Source: a virus
Lineage: Duplodnaviria; Caudoviricetes
DNA length: 64,000 nucleotides
Virus record (IMG/VR): IMGVR_UViG_3300031994_000006
Location: 1-64,000 of that record
Direction: 5' to 3' (one strand)
Shown: positions 29,386 to 38,326 of the stretch, piece by piece
How the letters are laid out: each line of letters opens with the position of its first letter
How positions within the stretch are numbered: position 1 is the first letter of the stretch
Made by a program: the position numbers and the translations under genes
Notes under the pieces: model-generated
Database searches by the model: none
What the model saw: the letters and a program-made list of their open reading frames with translations, nothing else
What the model was told of the DNA's origin: nothing

Positions 29386-31686
29386 TTATTCTTCTGTCAT
29401 CATAGACTCGATGAGGTTGATGAAACCCTGTCCGTACGGCGTGCCGTCGTTCCGGACATCCGTCTGCATGGCCTCGTTGAATCCCTCGATCTCCTCGCGG
29501 GCGGACTCGAGGTCGCGCTGGCGGTGACGGAGTCCGGTACGCGCCCAGAACTCGTCGACGTCCGCCTTGGACTCGAGTATGTAGCAGGCCGCCATTTCGT
29601 CAATCGATTTCCTGACCGCCTCGGGCGCCGCATTGTAGAGATCGATGTCAGCCTTGTCCGCGAGCCTGATGTAGTTCTTCTCAGAGAGCGCCCTGTCGGT
29701 AAGGGGACGCTGCCAGAGCGCATTGATCTGACGGATGTCGAAAATCCTCTGCTCCCAAATCCAGTCGGCACAGAGCTGCTTGTCATCGTCATTGAGCTGC
29801 GCGAACTTGTTGAACTCCTGCTCGGACAGTGAGACGCTGAACGGGTACTTCGCGATTATGGACTCGCGGACGGATTGCCTGCGTCCGTGGGACTCGAGGA
29901 CCAAGTTGTATCGGTCCATAATCCTCCTGGTGCCCTCACAGACGTCATTCTTCTTGCGCTCGAGATCACCACACGCCTCATCGATGTCGCACGTGCAGTC
30001 CTTACCGCACTTGCCACACTTCGGACACTTACAGTCATCGTCATCGCATTCCTCAGACTCAGTCACCTTGCCGGCGCTGTCATGACGCTCGACCTTGTCG
30101 TTCTTGCCGGTAGCATTGGAGTCGATTTCGTCCTTGTCGCCGTCAGTCTCTTCCTTCTTCTCTTTCTCACGGGCCTGCTTGCCGATATTGTCGGCCTCTG
30201 AGCCGAGCTTACCGTCCTTCACGGCATTGGGCTTGGTATCGGCCTCCTCAAGAGGCTCCTCCGACTCCTCAATTTTCTTCTCCTTCTCACGGGCCTGCTT
30301 GCCGATATTGTCGGCCTCCGAGCCGAGCTTGCCGTCCTTGACCGCGTTGGGCTTGGTCCTTTCAGACTCATCGACCTCCTCGGTGCCGTCCTTCTTCTCG
30401 GGTGCGGCGCATCCCTCATTGGTCTCGTCGCCGCCGTCAGGATCCTCCTCTGATATGTCGATTTTGGGATCGTAGTCGGGATTCTCCTCATCCTTCACAT
30501 CATCCTCGTCGGTCGACTCATAGAGCTTCTTAAGCTCCTTCTTCAGTTCGGTCATGGCCTTCTTGTCATCCCAGACCTTGGTGTATCCTGTATTCTGCAA
30601 GGCCTCGTAGAGTGAGAGGGACTCTCCCTTCATACAGGACCTGTAGACGCTGTTCGCGATTTTCTGTATGTCCATGGATTCGTTAAACGGGTTTTCGTTT
30701 CCGATTGCGGGACCGCCGCCCGCCGCACCGGGATCGGCTCCGGGACCGTCGGCCTTCGTCGAGTATTCAGGCTGGATGTCCTGGATGGCGTCCGTACCCT
30801 GCTCCTTGTACTCGGGGACGATGTCGATGATGTCTTCGGCATTGTGCTGCACGGGCTCCTCGGCCGGCTCCTCGCCTCCCGTCTCACCTGACATGTCGCC
30901 CTCAGGCTGCTGAGGCTGCTGATCAAGCCCGAGCTCAGCGGCCTTTTCAGGGGTGACGTTCACCTGGACGTCCTCGCTCATCGGCCTGTAGAGCTCCTCT
31001 TTGTTGACCTTGATGCCGTTGATATCGACTGTAATCTTCGGAGTCTCGTCGGACTCGAGGATCTGGAATGAGCCGGCGTCCATACCGAGGCTCTCAGCCT
31101 TGTTGAGGTCCGTGGCGCCTTTCTGCGCCGCGACCGACTCGTTCATAAACGAGGTCAGGCTTGTCCTGAGGGACTCATTCACACGGTCGAGCTTACACTG
31201 CTCGAAACCGGGCACGCTGACGATGTCATATGTGAATATCTGCTGTATCGCGACATGTGAGTCCTTACCGACCGAACCTGCAGCACGGGACGATACAAAA
31301 AGCGGACATCCGGCATCGACGATGGCCTTCATCGTCTTGCCGTTCGGGGTGTCGAGCAGCTCGAGCGTACCCATGACGCACTTCTTCTCCTTGTCCCACC
31401 AGAGGTCCGTTATCTTATGGGAGGCCTCCTTGAGCGAAATCTCGAATCTTCCGTCGGGATGGTCGAGCTCTCCGAGGATACAGCCCTCCTTCTTGATCTT
31501 GTCACGGAGATAAGCCAGGTGTGGAAGCACCTCGGACTCGTCGTATATACGTCCGTTACGGTTGACGTCGGTACCGTTCGCAGGGGTGAATATGCCTGTA
31601 TACTTATAGGACTTTCCGCCGCCCTCGGCCTTCACCTCGTTCAGCGGGGTAAGCGACCTGTTACGGACTATAAGTTTCTTGCTCAT
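29386..31686 (-). CDS. gp21: prohead core protease (T4 gp21-like, U9/S77) fused to a long acidic scaffold-like tail
   Basis: NRNGRIY, LGELDHP, SHKITDL, LDTPNGK, VSSRAAGSV and YDIVSVPG; late promoter at 31722-31729. Confidence 0.92.
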   Translation of the reverse strand: MSKKLIVRNRSLTPLNEVKAEGGGKSYKYTGIFTPANGTDVNRNGRIYDESEVLPHLAYLRDKIKKEGCILGELDHPDGRFEISLKEASHKITDLWWDKEKKCVMGTLELLDTPNGKTMKAIVDAGCPLFVSSRAAGSVGKDSHVAIQQIFTYDIVSVPGFEQCKLDRVNESLRTSLTSFMNESVAAQKGATDLNKAESLGMDAGSFQILESDETPKITVDINGIKVNKEELYRPMSEDVQVNVTPEKAAELGLDQQPQQPEGDMSGETGGEEPAEEPVQHNAEDIIDIVPEYKEQGTDAIQDIQPEYSTKADGPGADPGAAGGGPAIGNENPFNESMDIQKIANSVYRSCMKGESLSLYEALQNTGYTKVWDDKKAMTELKKELKKLYESTDEDDVKDEENPDYDPKIDISEEDPDGGDETNEGCAAPEKKDGTEEVDESERTKPNAVKDGKLGSEADNIGKQAREKEKKIEESEEPLEEADTKPNAVKDGKLGSEADNIGKQAREKEKKEETDGDKDEIDSNATGKNDKVERHDSAGKVTESEECDDDDCKCPKCGKCGKDCTCDIDEACGDLERKKNDVCEGTRRIMDRYNLVLESHGRRQSVRESIIAKYPFSVSLSEQEFNKFAQLNDDDKQLCADWIWEQRIFDIRQINALWQRPLTDRALSEKNYIRLADKADIDLYNAAPEAVRKSIDEMAACYILESKADVDEFWARTGLRHRQRDLESAREEIEGFNEAMQTDVRNDGTPYGQGFINLIESMMTEE

Positions 31687-31748
31687 GTCAATTCAGTATC
31701 TGAAGTGATTTTTTACTGGTTTATTTATCAAATACGGATCTCCGCCGA

Positions 31749-34700
31749 TTATTTAAGTCCGTTCGGCCGGGCCTTGGTAATGAACTCATCGGGCGACGTT
31801 ATCGTATGTGCCTCGACCGCGTCCTGCATCAGCCTGAAGAACATTATGCTTTCCTTCGGGATGACGAACGGGCAGTCCGTGAGATACGAGACCTCATCGG
31901 AAATCTCACCGGGTTCAGGCGTCTCCTGGTCCTGTGAGTTCCTCTTTCCCCTGACGGACGGCTCATGCGGATCGCTCAGGTCCCTTGACTCGAGCAGCCG
32001 ATCGACCGTCGACGGACTGTCCTTCCATTTGACGTACGCCTTGGGCGCCAGCCTCTGCCGGATCCTTGCCCTACTGCCGGCGAATGCCTCCTTTAGCATC
32101 CTCGCGAAGTCGGACAGCCTGTCCGTATTGACAAGCCATACCCTGTCTGAGAATTCCGTAAAGTCCTGCCATGTAGGATCCCTGGTGACGATTTCACCTT
32201 CAAACGTGTTCCTCAGGGTCGTCTCATCCGTGAACCATTCAGGATATTCATACTGGAAGTTATATCTGACCGTATAGTGTTCCCTGCCGCTGAGCGCGAA
32301 CTTCACCATCCTCACCCATACCTTATCGCCGAGCACATACAGCCTGAGTGACCACTCCTGCACGAACTGTTTCATATTCCCGCGCCCCTCGGCCGACCTC
32401 TTACTGCCTTCCGGCATAAGCCTGAAGATGTCTATGAAGTTCATGTCTTTCGGCATATGGCCGCTCTCATAGCCCATGACGCCGCGGACGAACGAATTCT
32501 CAATATACACGACGCCCGCAAGATGCCTGGTCCTACGATCCTGCGGATTCTCGACAACGACCCATTTGTCGTCCTCGAGCATCTTCTTGATCATGGCCGT
32601 GAGCATCTCCGCGGCCGACTTGCCGTCTGTATGGAAAGGACTGTCGAAGTCGAACGCCGACTCTTTCTTCCTGGCCTGATTACCGGCCCTGAACGCCTCG
32701 TTTACATTGCCGAAGGCCCTGTCGATACATTCCCTGAATTTCGCGGTATTCTCCGGATTGAGCAGCATCGTCGGATATCCGTGTTCGACCATAAGATGGG
32801 TTTCAAGATTGATTTCCGAGAACATATCCAGATACGCGTTCGGTTCTTCATTGCGTTCAAGGCTGTCACAGAAATAGTCCCATGAAGTACTCATCGATTC
32901 ATCATAGGACTCGGTCGAGATCCACAGCCTGGCCCATCCGCCGTAGACGCTGACGTTATTCGGCGAATCACAGTCGAACTCAAATGTAATCCTCTCATCC
33001 AGGCCGTTGTATTCGACGGTCGGGGAATACACACCGAGCTTAATCGACTTGTCATCGAGATGTGAATAGTCAAGAAGCTCGGTATTATCGGGATACCTGT
33101 TCGTTATATCCTTGAAAAGCCTGAGAACGTCTTCGGCGTTACGGCATCCGAGAGATACCGACTCGACTGTATCCTGTACAGACTCCTTCTTCCTCGCCCT
33201 GTTGCCGGCGCGGAACGCCTCGATTACCTGACCGGCAAGATGACGCTTTGTCATCCATTCCTTTACATTAATACAGTTTTCATTTTCGCCTCCGGGTTTT
33301 TGGATTTTAATTCCGAGCCGTTTGATGAAAGGCATGAGACTCTCCGGGATATCCCAGATACAGTCACATTTGACAGTCAGATCAGCCGGTAAAAAAGTCA
33401 GTCCTTCACATCCTTTGATAAACAAATCACCTTCAATAGTCAGTCCCTGAGGCAAAGATCTCAGATTGGTGCAGTTTTCAAGATGCAGGCAGTCTCCGAC
33501 CGTCATTCCTTGCGGTAATGACGTCAGTTCGGTACAGTTCTCGAGAAACAGATTGCCTTTGAAATCGGTTAAACTTGGAGGAATGCTTGTCAATTTTGTA
33601 TAATCAAGAGATAAATCGCCTCCGACGACAAGATCGGCGGGCAATGAGGTTATCGGACAGTCTGAAAGTTCCAAATTCTCTCCTACGTACAGACCGGCGG
33701 GCAATGATTTTAATTTACTGCAGCCGCTGAGGCCTAACGATCCTCCGACCTTCAGTCCCTGGGGCAGTGAAGTCAGGCTAATACAGTCATAGAGAAGCAG
33801 ACTGCCGAAAACCTCGAAATCAGAAGGCAAAGAACTCAGATTGCTGCAACCGGTCAAATCCAGGAAATCAGACGTCAGTCCTTCCGGCAGTGAAATTATG
33901 TCATCGCAATAAGTAAGATTCCATTCATCACTGTCAAGATAAATCCTGTTATTCCTGATTTCAGCTTCAACACCGGTCTGTTCCTCAAATTGTTCAATCC
34001 GCGCTTTAAGAAGGTCGACTGTCTGTACAGCATTCTGAACGGATTCTTTCTTCCTGGCCCTATTGCCGGCGCGGAACGCCTCGCTGACGGGCCATTCGAT
34101 GCCGCATATGTCCCTGAGGATTCCCATGCGGTACTGGCCGAACGTCATGCCGTTCGACATTTTAGAGTCGTTGGCAAGTTCGTCCAGGTACATCTCCCAG
34201 TCATAATGCACGAATCCCATGTCGTCGACGTGCAGTATCCAGAAAGCCCCGTGGGGATCGCCCTCTATCGGCCAGAGGATTCCCTGCCACTGTGTGACGT
34301 CGTCGTCGAACGTCACCATATAGGTATCGACCTTCCCGGGATCCGAGACCGTCTCACACCAGTAGAACAGCCATCCCTGCGGCTCGGGGACCGCGTCCGG
34401 ATCCGGCAGCTTGTATCCCCTGATATCGTCACTGTCCTCCCATGAGCATATACGTCCGTCGCCGAATACGTCGACCTTATTCACAGTATAGCCCTTTTGC
34501 ATCATCAGGGAGATGACCGATGCCATATAGCTGCCGGATGACACCTGATTGACCGCACCGACGGCGGATTCCTTCTTCCTTGCCCTGTTGCCGGCCCTGA
34601 AGGCCTCGTCGGTCCTCGGGACACGTATCATGGCATCCATGACATTGAAGTCCGTACTGCGTCCCCTGTTGGGCCTGAAGCCGAATCTCCTGTAGAACTT

Positions 34701-34967
34701 CTGCAGCCTGCCGACCGATGTGGCGCCCATTGACTTGTCAGGTGTCAAAGTCAATGTCCAGCCCTGTCTGTCCGCCAATCCGGCCAGATCCTTCATGAAT
34801 CTGGTACCGGCGCCCTTGCCGCGTTCCCTGGCCGCGATACGGCTGATCTTCAGATAATTACGGGAAAGGCTGAGCGAGAGCTCGCTCAGTCCGTATTCCT
34901 CCATCAGTCCGGGATCATTGATACAGATGCCCTTGTCCGAGAGCTTGTCGATAAGACTGTCTATCAT
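31749..34967 (-). CDS. modular polyprotein: GNAT domain + tag-delimited cargo modules including an LRR module
   Basis: RGKGAGT...FYRRFGF GNAT; tags at 34569-34607, 34044-34082, 33183-33221, 32661-32699, degenerate at 32058-32090; LxLxxCxxLxSLPxGLxV repeats; lies between portal and protease. Confidence 0.8.
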   Translation of the reverse strand: MIDSLIDKLSDKGICINDPGLMEEYGLSELSLSLSRNYLKISRIAARERGKGAGTRFMKDLAGLADRQGWTLTLTPDKSMGATSVGRLQKFYRRFGFRPNRGRSTDFNVMDAMIRVPRTDEAFRAGNRARKKESAVGAVNQVSSGSYMASVISLMMQKGYTVNKVDVFGDGRICSWEDSDDIRGYKLPDPDAVPEPQGWLFYWCETVSDPGKVDTYMVTFDDDVTQWQGILWPIEGDPHGAFWILHVDDMGFVHYDWEMYLDELANDSKMSNGMTFGQYRMGILRDICGIEWPVSEAFRAGNRARKKESVQNAVQTVDLLKARIEQFEEQTGVEAEIRNNRIYLDSDEWNLTYCDDIISLPEGLTSDFLDLTGCSNLSSLPSDFEVFGSLLLYDCISLTSLPQGLKVGGSLGLSGCSKLKSLPAGLYVGENLELSDCPITSLPADLVVGGDLSLDYTKLTSIPPSLTDFKGNLFLENCTELTSLPQGMTVGDCLHLENCTNLRSLPQGLTIEGDLFIKGCEGLTFLPADLTVKCDCIWDIPESLMPFIKRLGIKIQKPGGENENCINVKEWMTKRHLAGQVIEAFRAGNRARKKESVQDTVESVSLGCRNAEDVLRLFKDITNRYPDNTELLDYSHLDDKSIKLGVYSPTVEYNGLDERITFEFDCDSPNNVSVYGGWARLWISTESYDESMSTSWDYFCDSLERNEEPNAYLDMFSEINLETHLMVEHGYPTMLLNPENTAKFRECIDRAFGNVNEAFRAGNQARKKESAFDFDSPFHTDGKSAAEMLTAMIKKMLEDDKWVVVENPQDRRTRHLAGVVYIENSFVRGVMGYESGHMPKDMNFIDIFRLMPEGSKRSAEGRGNMKQFVQEWSLRLYVLGDKVWVRMVKFALSGREHYTVRYNFQYEYPEWFTDETTLRNTFEGEIVTRDPTWQDFTEFSDRVWLVNTDRLSDFARMLKEAFAGSRARIRQRLAPKAYVKWKDSPSTVDRLLESRDLSDPHEPSVRGKRNSQDQETPEPGEISDEVSYLTDCPFVIPKESIMFFRLMQDAVEAHTITSPDEFITKARPNGLK

Positions 34968-34987
34968 ACCGGTCCGTCATTCATCAT

Positions 34988-36856
34988 TTACATAGGCGCC
35001 GCAGGCGCGGGTGCGGCACCGGCCATCGGATCAGGCGCAGGCGCGGCCCCGGCCATCGGGTCCATACCTGACATCGGGTCCATACCTCCTGCCATAGGAT
35101 CACCGCCCATCATCGGATCCATGCCTCCCGCCATCGGGTCACCTCCCGCCATCGGGTCCATACCGCCTCCCATTCCGGGATCCATGCCTCCGCCGGGTGC
35201 TCCGCCCTGTCCGGCGACCTGCTGGGCCGCGAGTATCTGTATGTCAATGGCCTCCTTCTTCTCCTGCAGCAGGTAGTTCTCGTTCGTCTTGAGGTCCTCC
35301 TTGGTGAGTCCCATGTACTTCTCAATGAGGAACTTGACGCTGAACGCGGGTGTGCCGTCCGCCTTCTTGAGTCCCATAAGCGAGCTGACGGCGGTCGCGC
35401 CCTGCTGTGCGGTCGCGCGTTCCTTGGCGAGCTCGAACTGGTTGTCGTTGTTGTATTTCAGGCCGATGGAGTTCGGTATGACGCTGTTGAGCGCGAAGAG
35501 AGGCTGCTTCAGGCAGAACTGTATCCAGGTCGCCTTAAGCAGTATCTCCTTGAACACTGACTGTATGCGCTTGATGAATCTCGCGAACGCGGCCTCTTCT
35601 CGCGTTATCATGGCGTCTCCGTTCGCGGGGTTGTTCGGCGCGGCCTGCGGGTCGAGCAGGAACCTGTTCGCCGGGATCTTCGACTCCAGGATGAACCTGC
35701 GCCACCAGTACTTGAGCTCGTCGGTCGAATTGAGGTTGTATCCCTCGACGCCTATCTCCTCGATTTCCGTCTGAATGCCGGCCATGCTCGGGAAAATGTA
35801 CGTCTTGTTGAACGAGAACTTCGGCTGGCCATTGACGGTCATTGTACCGTCGATGTCGTTGATCTGTGTGTCCTCGTTGTAGTACGCCTTCAGCTCATTG
35901 AGCCTCTGCCGCTGACGGTCAGGCGTCTGGTCGCCGACCGGCACCACGATCTTGATCCTCTTCTGGGCGTTCTGGATGTTCCAGATGATGCGGCTGTTCT
36001 CCAGCTGCCTGAGCATGTTGAACGTCCTGGTGAGCGACTCGAGGTACGATATACGGCTCGTGAAGTTACCCTTAGCCCATGAGATATAGATGATGTGCGA
36101 ATCCGGTATGATGCGCTGCTTCTCGGCGTCGTCACGGTACTGGTACCATATCTTGATGTCCTGCCCGGTCGACTCGTCCTTCACGATGTCCGGCTCGAGC
36201 GTCGTCGGATCAAGCTCCTTGAAGCCGATGATGTCCTTGGCCTGATAGGAGTCTTCGTCATAGTCGAACAGTATCTCGAACGCCAGGAAGCCGTCACAGA
36301 GGAACTTCTTCATGTACTCCCATGCATCGTTGGAGTTTCCCCATCCGAACATGTCATACACGCGCTTGTACGACTCGTCAAGCAGCTTCAGTATCTTCTC
36401 AGACTCCTCGGTCTTCTTCAGCCGGCGCTTCAGGCCGTCCGTGTCGAGGTACGCGAAGAAGTTGTTCTGGTCATATACGACGGCATCGTCCGCTATAGTC
36501 TCGAGTATGAAGTTGATCTCGCCGTTCTGGGCGAAGTCCCTCAGATACTGGCGACGCAGCGGATAGTCACGGTCGAAGAAGCAGACATAGTCCGAGTTGA
36601 TGCGGGTGATATCCTGCGTCTTGGCATAAAGCGAGTCGTAGAAATCCGTGGATACGGTACGGTTGTACATCGTATCGCTGTCACGGTTGGTCTCGGTCGT
36701 ACCGTGCGACAGTGACGACTTGATAAGGGAACGGTCCCAATCGAGACTGATGCTCGACAGGGTCATCGTATTGCTCTTCTTTATGCGGCCCTTGAACTCC
36801 TTCTCGGCGTATTCGCCGGGCGAGTAGCTCCTGAGCAGGTAGTTTTCTTGAGGCAT
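34988..36856 (-). CDS. gp20: portal vertex protein (T4 gp20-like)
   Basis: ISYLESLTRTFNMLRQLENSRIIWNIQNAQKR, EIEEIG, ELKYWWRRF...KIPANRF and ITREEAAFARFIKRIQ; GMDPM tail; late promoter at 36882-36889. Confidence 0.9.
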   Translation of the reverse strand: MPQENYLLRSYSPGEYAEKEFKGRIKKSNTMTLSSISLDWDRSLIKSSLSHGTTETNRDSDTMYNRTVSTDFYDSLYAKTQDITRINSDYVCFFDRDYPLRRQYLRDFAQNGEINFILETIADDAVVYDQNNFFAYLDTDGLKRRLKKTEESEKILKLLDESYKRVYDMFGWGNSNDAWEYMKKFLCDGFLAFEILFDYDEDSYQAKDIIGFKELDPTTLEPDIVKDESTGQDIKIWYQYRDDAEKQRIIPDSHIIYISWAKGNFTSRISYLESLTRTFNMLRQLENSRIIWNIQNAQKRIKIVVPVGDQTPDRQRQRLNELKAYYNEDTQINDIDGTMTVNGQPKFSFNKTYIFPSMAGIQTEIEEIGVEGYNLNSTDELKYWWRRFILESKIPANRFLLDPQAAPNNPANGDAMITREEAAFARFIKRIQSVFKEILLKATWIQFCLKQPLFALNSVIPNSIGLKYNNDNQFELAKERATAQQGATAVSSLMGLKKADGTPAFSVKFLIEKYMGLTKEDLKTNENYLLQEKKEAIDIQILAAQQVAGQGGAPGGGMDPGMGGGMDPMAGGDPMAGGMDPMMGGDPMAGGMDPMSGMDPMAGAAPAPDPMAGAAPAPAAPM

Positions 36857-36930
36857 ATTAGAACTGTATAATCTTCAGCCGTATTTATCGGCTTAATATA
36901 TAAAGCTGAAAACATAACCGTTAAAGCGAA

Positions 36931-37143
36931 ATGCCAGTTCCAATTACATCGACAAGGGTCTATACCGCGGTAAAGGCCCAGGAGATCAACGACGGGGCGA
37001 AGGGACCTGTCAATGCGGTGGATCTCGAGGAGTCACCGACCGAGTTCAACCCGCCCGTGAACGAGTCCGTCAACCCGGACGACCTCGCAACGCCGCTCGA
37101 ACAGGAAAAGAAGACGGGACGCAAGTCCGCGGCGAAGAAATAG
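36931..37143 (+). CDS. hypothetical protein
   Basis: Short ORF followed by a terminator at 37142-37164. Confidence 0.6.
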   Translation: MPVPITSTRVYTAVKAQEINDGAKGPVNAVDLEESPTEFNPPVNESVNPDDLATPLEQEKKTGRKSAAKK

Positions 37144-37176
37144 GGGACCTGAGGTTCCCTTTTTCGTTTAATAGAC

Positions 37177-37650
37177 ATGAACGGATTGAGTGCGATTGAG
37201 AAACTTGAGCGGGATCTCTTCATAAAGGAGATGTGCGCTCGCCAGCCGTACGGCGTCAGGGTATATTACTGGGGGCCTGAGGAGGAGATGTGGTGTAACG
37301 ACCTCATCGACTGTATTGAGCTGTTCCCGAACGGCGAGGCGGAGTTCTCGATAGGTCAGTACGGCCTGCGGGCAGGGCAGTTCAAGCCCATACTCCGTAC
37401 GCTCGACTCCATGACGGCCGAGGAGCGCCTGGAAATGGGCGAGTATATCAAGAAGGACTATATTTCGCCGTTCGGCGAGATTAAGGACTCCGGTGCAGAC
37501 AACCTGCTGTTGTCCTCAATCAACGGGGCGAAGAACCTTATGCACTGGCTTTACCTGAATAATTTCGATATCAACAACCTGATACCGAGGGGACTTGCCT
37601 ATAACAAGGACTATCCCCTTCCTGATAAAAGGCCTGATCCGGCTACTTAG
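37177..37650 (+). CDS. conserved hypothetical Bacteroidota-phage-type protein
   Basis: CARQPYGV...KPILRTLDSMT...WLYLNNFDINNLIPRGLA pattern; TCGTTTAAT 4 nt before the ATG. Confidence 0.7.
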   Translation: MNGLSAIEKLERDLFIKEMCARQPYGVRVYYWGPEEEMWCNDLIDCIELFPNGEAEFSIGQYGLRAGQFKPILRTLDSMTAEERLEMGEYIKKDYISPFGEIKDSGADNLLLSSINGAKNLMHWLYLNNFDINNLIPRGLAYNKDYPLPDKRPDPAT

Positions 37651-38326
37651 TCGAGGCTTCTTTCTGCAGCTTTGATATCGTGCCTCCTCTGAGTCCGTTC
37701 CCGAATTCGAGGAACGGGATATATTTCCATTGCCAATAGTCCACGAACCTCACTCTCGACATGTTCTTTGTGAAGTACTTACGGAAGGCCATGGATCCCG
37801 TGCTCATCCTATACTTGGAACAGATTGTCTTGATGAACTTCCATCCCTCATCCGGCTGAAGCGCCGCAAGCGTCCTCTTGGAATAGACCGGAAGCTTGGC
37901 GGCCACGAGCTGTTCCATCTCGCGCTCCCAGAATGCCGGATCGATATCGGCGCACTCCTGCAGGACCGCGGCCCTCTTGTACGGCGTCAACAGGTTCAGG
38001 TTTATGCCGAACGCATATGTGTCGCCGGCGGCGCCGGGATCACGCCCCGTGCCGGTCACCAGCACAACGGGGCATATGTCGTGCACCATGCCGTCAGGCG
38101 TGACCGGCAGTCCCTGATGCCTGAATACGTAGACGCATCCGGGCATCAGTCCGGTGTGCAGTCTGTTTATACCCGGCTCACCTTCCCAGAAATCAAGGTC
38201 GGACGCCCTCGCAGGACCGTGCTCGTTCTTGTCGAGCAGATCCCTGATAATCGTCTTCTGTGCAAGCTCCGGGTATCTCGTGCTGTTCACGGGATCAGCG
38301 AGCATCTTCAGGAAATCCTTTCTCAT
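37643..38326 (-). CDS. DNA end protector protein (T4 gp2-like)
   Basis: PGCVYVF, DICPVVLV, FGINLNLL...RAAVL, FRKY and WKYIPFL resemble gp2 motifs. Confidence 0.6.
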   Translation of the reverse strand: MRKDFLKMLADPVNSTRYPELAQKTIIRDLLDKNEHGPARASDLDFWEGEPGINRLHTGLMPGCVYVFRHQGLPVTPDGMVHDICPVVLVTGTGRDPGAAGDTYAFGINLNLLTPYKRAAVLQECADIDPAFWEREMEQLVAAKLPVYSKRTLAALQPDEGWKFIKTICSKYRMSTGSMAFRKYFTKNMSRVRFVDYWQWKYIPFLEFGNGLRGGTISKLQKEASTK

